64,000 bases of DNA from positions 25,374 through 89,373 of IMG/VR virus record IMGVR_UViG_3300014204_000010. One strand, 5' to 3'. The notes beneath the pieces are model-generated. The model saw only the letters and a list, made by a program, of their open reading frames with translations, searched no databases and had not been told where the DNA came from. The translations under genes were made by a program, and so were the position numbers. Position 1 is the stretch's first letter; each line of letters begins with the position of its first letter. Source of the DNA: a virus (taxonomy: Duplodnaviria > Caudoviricetes). Positions 58,347 through 64,000 of the stretch are shown in pieces.

Positions 58347-58934
58347 ATGAAACAGGATTTTGATAAGGTCTTAAACTCGGTGGTTCTGGAAGAGTATGGT
58401 GGGTGTAATCCCAGTAAAGATCCGATAATCACGCTCAAAGCTCGGATTGAGGAAGGTGCAATCCTTGTCTTTCTCGTAGGCAAATGGCGACCCATAAGGT
58501 CTTATTTCGGTAGAAAGTCCAGCATAACGAACAAAGTTATACTGAAGGATATGAGGGACATTATCCGAAGAAACACCGGATGGAGTAAGACTGCCCTCAA
58601 AGATAAACCTATTGAGTTCAAATGGGTTTATCTCGGTTCTAAGGACTTTCCAATAGTCCTTAATAATTGGTCGGTAATCAGCTTTAGAAATTCTCCATTC
58701 GACGCTCCGGAGCTTCATCAAACAGCCCTTGCTGGCACCACCGTAGAGCATCCGGTTCTGGGCAAAGATTACCGTGTACGAACTACGGGTATCCAAGAAG
58801 TCGATGGTCTTCTTGCCAAGACTAAGCATCATTGGTACAAGCTGGGGTCGGTAGATCCTATGTATAGGATTTATCTGAAAGACCACAACATTCCGTTCGA
58901 TGAGAAAAATCCAATCAAGCTCAAAACTAAGTAG
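58347..58934 (+). CDS. early hypothetical protein
   Basis: 195 aa after the canonical RBS; C-terminal GTTVEHP...RTTGI...YKLG motif. Confidence 0.75.
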   Translation: MKQDFDKVLNSVVLEEYGGCNPSKDPIITLKARIEEGAILVFLVGKWRPIRSYFGRKSSITNKVILKDMRDIIRRNTGWSKTALKDKPIEFKWVYLGSKDFPIVLNNWSVISFRNSPFDAPELHQTALAGTTVEHPVLGKDYRVRTTGIQEVDGLLAKTKHHWYKLGSVDPMYRIYLKDHNIPFDEKNPIKLKTK

Positions 58935-58990
58935 CAGAGGGGACGGGGATTCTCCCCGTCTAATGCACACAGTCCGTCCCAAGTCGGACT
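58934..58990 (+). ncRNA. twister ribozyme copy 8
   Basis: P1 GACGGGGA/TCCCCGTC; P4 AGTCCG/CGGACT; cut U58961|A58962. Confidence 0.92.
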
Positions 58991-59012
58991 AATAACTTAA
59001 AGGAGGAAAGAG

Positions 59013-59309
59013 ATGGCAGAAACAAAGATTCAGTGGATCGTTGAGGCTGATCCTACCGGAAAGTCTCTCTTTGAGAACTTGATCCGCAGCCGCAACGACG
59101 AGAAGCTGGCGGAGAACATTCTGAACCTTCTGAGTTGGGCAAAACCTGACATCATGAAAGAAAGTCCTCTTGCCGTCCTGTTTGAGCTAATCTACAATTC
59201 TAACTGGGAGGATGCGGAGCATACAATAATAGACTTGTCTGAGGACAAGAAATGGATCACTATCGAATCCCGTTGTCCAGAAGTTTTCGTTCATTTGGGG
59301 GAGAAATAG
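59013..59309 (+). CDS. early hypothetical acidic protein
   Basis: 98 aa between ribozyme copies 8 and 9. Confidence 0.75.
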   Translation: MAETKIQWIVEADPTGKSLFENLIRSRNDEKLAENILNLLSWAKPDIMKESPLAVLFELIYNSNWEDAEHTIIDLSEDKKWITIESRCPEVFVHLGEK

Positions 59310-59363
59310 CAGAGGGTGGCTGCTTTGGCAGCCATAATGCACGGCACAGTCCCAAGTCTGTGC
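59309..59363 (+). ncRNA. twister ribozyme copy 9
   Basis: P1 TGGCTGC/GCAGCCA; P4 GCACAG/CTGTGC; cut U59335|A59336. Confidence 0.92.
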
Positions 59364-59391
59364 AAAAACTAAACTAAGGAGGAAAGAGAGT

Positions 59392-60258
59392 ATGGAATTA
59401 GGAGCATTTGTCCAGGAAAGAAGTAGTCAGGAACGTCGGGGTATCCAGGAAAGATACCCGGATATTAGATTTCCTCAACCTCAATTAGAGCCGGTCTTCT
59501 ATGGTCGTCGTGAGAAATTCAGGATAGACGGCAAGAAAGCCATAGTCGATCAAGCCGACAAAGACCTTGTTTTCGGTATATGTAGTGAGGATTACAAGGT
59601 TGTTCATTATGAAGACCTCATAATGATGACCGAAGAAGTGATGGCAAAACAAGGGTTCATGGTGAAGATGAACCCCAGAATCCTCTCAAACGGAGGAAAG
59701 TTCGTGTTGTCTCTCCAGTTTCCCGATTACGGAGAAAGTATCAGAAAAGGGGATGACATCTTCCCAAAGATGGACATCCAGTCCAGTTATGATCTAAAAT
59801 GGAAGCTCACAGGCAGATTTGGTGCTATTCAGCTCAGATGCACCAATGGCTGTGGAACATGGAAAATGTTCAAAAGGTTCGCTCGTAGGCATCTCCAGTC
59901 ACTGATAGTCTCAGAATTGGGAGACACCATCAGTGAAGCTTTGCCAATCTTTACGGAACAAGCAAAGCTCTGGAAGAAGTGGGCACACATGAAAGTACCC
60001 GTTCTGGCTTACGAAGAAATGTGGGCTGATCTCCCATTCAGTCCGGCACAAAAAGAAAAGATTCAGTTACTCCCCGAAATTGGCACCGGTCTCGCAATAG
60101 ATGGTGCCCTGAAGAGGGGAAATCTTGATCTTTGGACTCTTAACTCCATTTTAACTCAGTATGCAACCCACGAACTTAAATCCGATCTCAAAATGGTTGA
60201 AATTGAACCGGTGATTGCAAAAGTCATGGAAGATACTTACGAAAAACTAGCGGCATAG
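59392..60258 (+). CDS. DUF932-family protein
   Basis: FGICSEDYKVVHYED, NGGKF, SSYD, RFGAIQLRCTNG...RRH and LWTLNSILTQYATH motifs. Confidence 0.75.
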   Translation: MELGAFVQERSSQERRGIQERYPDIRFPQPQLEPVFYGRREKFRIDGKKAIVDQADKDLVFGICSEDYKVVHYEDLIMMTEEVMAKQGFMVKMNPRILSNGGKFVLSLQFPDYGESIRKGDDIFPKMDIQSSYDLKWKLTGRFGAIQLRCTNGCGTWKMFKRFARRHLQSLIVSELGDTISEALPIFTEQAKLWKKWAHMKVPVLAYEEMWADLPFSPAQKEKIQLLPEIGTGLAIDGALKRGNLDLWTLNSILTQYATHELKSDLKMVEIEPVIAKVMEDTYEKLAA

Positions 60259-60279
60259 AAACTTCAGGAGGGGGAACTT

Positions 60280-60504
60280 TTGAAATCAAACCCGGTAAAA
60301 TCTATCACTTTGCAAGAAGCCCAAAAAGAACTGGAGAAGGCTGAGCAAAAAGTGAAAGACGGTAATGCTTCACATCTGGATCGGTATGAGTTAATGGAAC
60401 TTGCAGCCCATGTTGCTATCTGGCAAACGATAAGGAATCATGTGTTCGTAGGCAAGATGGTGACCATGGATCTAGTGACAGGTACCCTTAAACTTTGGGA
60501 TTAA
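60280..60504 (+). CDS. early hypothetical protein
   Basis: 74 aa, TTG start after AGGAGGGG. Confidence 0.6.
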   Translation: MKSNPVKSITLQEAQKELEKAEQKVKDGNASHLDRYELMELAAHVAIWQTIRNHVFVGKMVTMDLVTGTLKLWD

Positions 60505-60507
60505 AAA

Positions 60508-60572
60508 GCAGAGGGAGTGAGCGGGGGAGAAATCCCGCTCATTTAATGCACGGCACAGTCCCAAGTCTGTGC
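60508..60572 (+). ncRNA. twister ribozyme copy 10
   Basis: P1 AGTGAGCGGG/CCCGCTCATT (one G-U pair); P4 GCACAG/CTGTGC; cut U60544|A60545. Confidence 0.92.
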
Positions 60573-60600
60573 AAAAACTAAACTAAGGAGGAAAGAGAGT

Positions 60601-61026
60601 ATGTCCAAAACAAAGGAAGCATATGTAGAAGAAATCCTGGTTAGGTTGGCAACAAACCATTCCCCAGACTCTCACATCTACAAAACAGTGGAATCGGGTC
60701 TGAGACTTATGAGTAAGGAATTTGTAGACGCTCTTTGGTCCCTGGTGATATGTATGGCCGAAAGTACCACTGTCAAGGATAATATTAAACTGTTTGCGAA
60801 AACCATTGAGGAGGCTGCAAGAATCCGAGAGGAATCTTGGCATCAACAAAACCACTTTTACAAGAAAAACATAGAGACTGCTGTTCGGGAGGCTGTAGGA
60901 AATACTGAATTGGACTTCAGATTTGCACCAATTATTGAGCTTCTTCTTTCATGTGTCTGGAATGATGCTCTGGAATGGGCAGAAGAGATTAATCAAGAAA
61001 AAGCATCGTCCCAATCGCAAAAGTAG
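60601..61026 (+). CDS. early hypothetical helical protein
   Basis: 141 aa after the canonical RBS. Confidence 0.75.
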   Translation: MSKTKEAYVEEILVRLATNHSPDSHIYKTVESGLRLMSKEFVDALWSLVICMAESTTVKDNIKLFAKTIEEAARIREESWHQQNHFYKKNIETAVREAVGNTELDFRFAPIIELLLSCVWNDALEWAEEINQEKASSQSQK

Positions 61027-61145
61027 TTGAATGAAGATTTACTCGTCTTTTGCGATGGGCAGAGCTGTCCGTCTCTCTCAGAAGCGGACAAAGCTTGTTC
61101 TTGCTAGCATCTAAGCAGAAGACAAAGGGCCTTAAAGGGGGAATT

Positions 61146-61325
61146 ATGATCTCCGAGGATGTATGCAAAGAGGATTGTCGTAAGTTTTATGTACCCGAAC
61201 CCAAGATGACTTGCCCAAACGGTCACACGGGTAGAGTTTACCATGTAAGAACGGGTAAGCTCAATAAGGATTGGTACGAATGTGAAACCTGTTTGATTCA
61301 GTGGGGAGGAACCGATGAGGGGTAA
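61146..61325 (+). CDS. small Zn-ribbon-like protein
   Basis: ATG 61146 after AAGGGGG; CPNGH...YECETC. Confidence 0.55.
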   Translation: MISEDVCKEDCRKFYVPEPKMTCPNGHTGRVYHVRTGKLNKDWYECETCLIQWGGTDEG

Positions 61326-61698
61326 ATTCTACGGTAATATTCTGCGGATTGAAGTAGATACCCATGAAGAGAAGTTAGACGCTGGGGAAGGTCTTCAATG
61401 GCTTCCCTGTGATCTCTGTGGGGAGCTACAAAAGGTAAGTTTGGACCTAACATCCTTTGTCTGTACACCATGTAAAGCAGCCAAAGGAGCTTCTGTCTAT
61501 ATAGAGGAAGAAGATGAGGATGAGGGGAACGTCTTTTGTAGAAGTGAAGATTCCTTGGAATCTTTTCTGAAAGACGGAGGTTGGGAATCAATAGAAGACT
61601 TCGAAGAGGAAACCGGTGTTGCCCGGGAGTTACTTCTCAGACACTGGTTTTGTGTCGTTCATGGTCGAGTGTACATCAAACCTATTCCAGACTTGTAG
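61315..61698 (+). CDS. acidic protein with CxxC motifs
   Basis: CDLCG...CTPCK; acidic C-terminal half. Confidence 0.65.
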   Translation: MRGKFYGNILRIEVDTHEEKLDAGEGLQWLPCDLCGELQKVSLDLTSFVCTPCKAAKGASVYIEEEDEDEGNVFCRSEDSLESFLKDGGWESIEDFEEETGVARELLLRHWFCVVHGRVYIKPIPDL

Positions 61699-61714
61699 GA
61701 AAGGAGGTGAGCTA

Positions 61715-61849
61715 TTGTTCCAAATTATTGGTTTTAGTTTCCTGCTTATCATTCTCCTGTTAGGATCTATTTTCAGACCTAATAGACTTCCTCAAAACAG
61801 GGAAATCAAAAAACCACCACACCCGTTGTATTTTGTAAAGAAAAAGTAG
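61715..61849 (+). CDS. small single-TM protein
   Basis: TTG 61715 after AGGAGG, in frame with track ORF 61616-61849; its TAG overlaps ribozyme copy 11. Confidence 0.55.
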   Translation: MFQIIGFSFLLIILLLGSIFRPNRLPQNREIKKPPHPLYFVKKK

Positions 61850-61904
61850 CAGAGGGCAGGCACTCCGGTGCCTGTAATGCACAGAGACAGTCCCAAGTCT
61901 GTCT
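61849..61904 (+). ncRNA. twister ribozyme copy 11
   Basis: P1 CAGGCAC/GTGCCTG with cUCCGg tetraloop; P4 AGACAG/CTGTCT; cut U61875|A61876. Confidence 0.92.
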
Positions 61905-61930
61905 AACCTAAACTAAGGAGGAAAGAGAGT

Positions 61931-62341
61931 ATGAAAGTAGTGCCGCATATCGTGTTACAGGTGAAAGAAACAGACGAACTTATACTTGTGTCAGGTCCTA
62001 ACGGATGGAACCTAAGTAGGATTTCCTTTGGTTGTCAGTTGCACACTGAACCACCACTGCTGGGCTTAAACGATGTTACTTACCCGGAAGAAGTCGTGTT
62101 CACTATACTCTGGTCCGGTGGCCAGGATGGCTCTATATCTGCAACCGTAGTGGAAACAGTGGTAGATGGGGAATCGAGGGTGTTGTACTCCAAGCGAAAT
62201 ATTCGGGCAGGATATGTTCTTCCTGTTGAGTTTATAGCTGAGGTTATAAACAAAGAGATTGATTCCTGGAATCGCTCCCGTAGGAGGGCAGATGAGTTTG
62301 CCAAAAAGGTAGGGATGACACTACACGAAGGTTCTTGGTAG
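61931..62341 (+). CDS. early hypothetical protein
   Basis: 136 aa after the canonical RBS. Confidence 0.7.
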   Translation: MKVVPHIVLQVKETDELILVSGPNGWNLSRISFGCQLHTEPPLLGLNDVTYPEEVVFTILWSGGQDGSISATVVETVVDGESRVLYSKRNIRAGYVLPVEFIAEVINKEIDSWNRSRRRADEFAKKVGMTLHEGSW

Positions 62342-62626
62342 ATGGAGGATACGAAAATGCCGAAGATTAAGGTTTATCTGAATGGTACTGACAAGAATCC
62401 GTTCGAAAAGATGGGATTGTTACAGAATCCGTTCCCGCAGCTTGCCGAAGCGGAAAGCAACGAAGCAATCTTCCGACTACAGAAGCTGGGAGGACCGCCA
62501 ATTCCTAAGAATGAGGCGGAGAAATACATCAGAGAAACCCTGACAGGATTTAGCCAGGAATTTGTTGATCTGTGTGTGAAGAATTTTGAGGTGGGCAAGT
62601 ATGTCGAATTTACAGTCACATGGTAG
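62342..62626 (+). CDS. early hypothetical protein
   Basis: 94 aa, abuts the previous stop. Confidence 0.65.
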   Translation: MEDTKMPKIKVYLNGTDKNPFEKMGLLQNPFPQLAEAESNEAIFRLQKLGGPPIPKNEAEKYIRETLTGFSQEFVDLCVKNFEVGKYVEFTVTW

Positions 62627-62945
62627 GAAGTACAAAGGTTATAAAATCGTTCATGCCACGGAACGAGATGATGAAGTTCTGTCCATTGCTGATCATTCTT
62701 TCACCATCAAACTTCAAAAGGCTTATAGGTGCTTCCCCGGAGCTGGTTTGTTTCTGGGTTTAACCAAACAATACTGTCTGGACTACTTCTCTATAGCCGG
62801 GGAAGAGGGAGCATTACCCGAATTGCTTCTTACCTATGAATTTAGGGAGAAAGATGTTATCAATGGTGACCCAACATATCAGAATGGAGAGGTACAAGTC
62901 AGGTGGGCTAAGTACCTGGCAAAAGAGAAAGTTGAAGGCAAATAG
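62601..62945 (+). CDS. early hypothetical protein
   Basis: ATG 62601 after GAGG; its TAG overlaps ribozyme copy 12. Confidence 0.65.
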   Translation: MSNLQSHGRKYKGYKIVHATERDDEVLSIADHSFTIKLQKAYRCFPGAGLFLGLTKQYCLDYFSIAGEEGALPELLLTYEFREKDVINGDPTYQNGEVQVRWAKYLAKEKVEGK

Positions 62946-63001
62946 CAGAGGGGTCGGGAGGTAACTCCCGACTAATGCACGGCACAGTCCCAAGTCTGTG
63001 T
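62945..63001 (+). ncRNA. twister ribozyme copy 12
   Basis: P1 GTCGGGAG/CTCCCGAC with GUAA tetraloop; P4 GCACAG/CTGTGT; cut U62973|A62974. Confidence 0.92.
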
Positions 63002-63029
63002 AAACACAAATTAAAGGAGGAAAGAGAGT

Positions 63030-63578
63030 ATGGGAAAAGATCAAAAAATTAAGACAGAAGTAAATCCTGTTCCCAAGATTGCGGAAGCCTTAGTGGGAAA
63101 AACTATGACTGTAAATCTCGGAGGAAAGAAATATGATGTCCACTTCAGAACATCATTCTACACCCTTTCTAAATCCCCCGCTATCGAATTGGTTCTCGCA
63201 GATGGAGAACCGTTTGGAACGCTTACAGTCAATATTCCAGAGGCACTCGAAGTCCATAAGGAAAAGCTTGGTGACATGGAAATCGTCGTCAAGACCTGGT
63301 CAGAGAATGAAGCTCTGGCTGAAGCAGCCTTAAAAACGGGTCTCTTTGAAGACACGGGTCGCCGAATCTCGACGGGCTTTGTGCTTGCCCAAATATGGAG
63401 AGTGAAAGCTGTAGCAACAAATATGCGTCATGAAGGAAAGATTATCGTAACCTTCTCCAGTAAAACAACCGAAGAAGAAAAGGTAAAGATACTCTTTGCC
63501 ATCGAGCAGGTTCTCAATAGTTCGGTGAGTACCATCATTTACCGCTTCACTAACGCTGGCATCCGTGTTCATCTGTAG
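63030..63578 (+). CDS. DUF4313-like early protein
   Basis: GEPFGTLTVNIP...VKTWSENE...GLFEDTG...STGFV motif. Confidence 0.55.
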   Translation: MGKDQKIKTEVNPVPKIAEALVGKTMTVNLGGKKYDVHFRTSFYTLSKSPAIELVLADGEPFGTLTVNIPEALEVHKEKLGDMEIVVKTWSENEALAEAALKTGLFEDTGRRISTGFVLAQIWRVKAVATNMRHEGKIIVTFSSKTTEEEKVKILFAIEQVLNSSVSTIIYRFTNAGIRVHL

Positions 63579-63634
63579 CAGAGGGGTCGGGAGGTAACTC
63601 CCGACTAATGCACATCTCGGTCCCAAGTCCGAGA
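63578..63634 (+). ncRNA. twister ribozyme copy 13
   Basis: P1 identical to copy 12; P4 TCTCGG/CCGAGA; cut U63606|A63607. Confidence 0.92.
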
Positions 63635-63659
63635 AATAAATTAAAGGAGGAAAGAGAGT

Positions 63660-64000
63660 ATGTTAGAGTTCAGGAAAATTTCCCTGTACACAGAGGAAGA
63701 GCTTGAAGAGATGGACAGTTGGCAAAAGAGTGACTACCACGTTTTACGGATGGATGGTGCTGCATTTTTCCTAAATCCGAAAACCATGGTAACCGATCTG
63801 ATGGATTCCCTGGAGTTGCCGGGTTCTTATGACACAGCAGTTCCAGAAAATTGGGCTAGGTCCAATAACTATCCTAAGGGGATGGATTTTGCTTTTTGGT
63901 ATTATCCCCGGGATACCCATGCTGAAGGTCATCTTTTCGGAAAGCCTTTCACTGTCAGAGAAATGATTGTAGCCCTTCGGAAAGAGGTGCAACTTCACCC
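63660..64000 (+). CDS. early hypothetical protein (runs off window end)
   Basis: ATG 63660 after AAAGGAGGAAAGAGAGT; MLEFRKISLYTEEELEEMDSW... open to the edge. Confidence 0.7.
   Translation, partial: MLEFRKISLYTEEELEEMDSWQKSDYHVLRMDGAAFFLNPKTMVTDLMDSLELPGSYDTAVPENWARSNNYPKGMDFAFWYYPRDTHAEGHLFGKPFTVREMIVALRKEVQLH

Noticed and set aside
61059-61090. GCAGAGC followed by a TGTCCG/CGGACA hairpin as a 14th ribozyme
   Set aside because: Lacks GAGGG, TAATGCAC and the TCCCAAGT loop; at most a decayed remnant.
54301-63662. Repeated intergenic element read as a CRISPR array
   Set aside because: Repeats are not constant in sequence (the stems covary), the spacers are whole genes of 0.4-1.3 kb, and no cas genes are present.
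54301-63662. Same element read as intrinsic terminators, integron attC sites or N4-type hairpin promoters
   Set aside because: No U tracts after the stems, no GTTRRRY core boxes, and the loop is 8 nt rather than 3. The GAGGG/CCC and AC/GU pseudoknot complementarity and RNA tetraloops fit twister much better.

Overview
A 64-kb stretch of a large tailed dsDNA phage, probably a long-tailed siphovirus with a diderm host (it encodes spanins). No integrase, DNA polymerase, primase, helicase, tRNA or CRISPR array is recognisable, so the genome probably continues beyond the window. Layout: (1) 1-11.6 kb, + strand: replication/recombination module (DnaX-like clamp loader, HD hydrolase, UvsY-like, SSB, RecA/UvsX, 5'-3' exonuclease, Holliday junction resolvase, split SbcC plus SbcD) ending in an RmlA sugar-nucleotide gene. 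(2) 11.6-50.7 kb, - strand: late operon of terminase, portal, six glycosyl/methyltransferase genes, head, neck, tail (frameshifted chaperone, 2062-aa tape measure) and lysis genes. (3) 50.7-53.7 kb: mostly non-coding switch region with direct and inverted repeats and a ~780-bp segment with no GG or CC dinucleotide, whose single gene encodes a protein lacking Gly, Pro and Trp. (4) 53.7-64 kb, + strand: early-type operon behind a strong sigma70-like promoter. Its intergenic gaps hold 12 intact and 1 degenerate circularly permuted twister self-cleaving ribozymes, each between a stop codon and the next ribosome-binding site. This ribozyme-punctuated operon and the GG/CC-free gene are the strongest candidates for undescribed biology. 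All annotation is by eye from motifs; no database searches were run.
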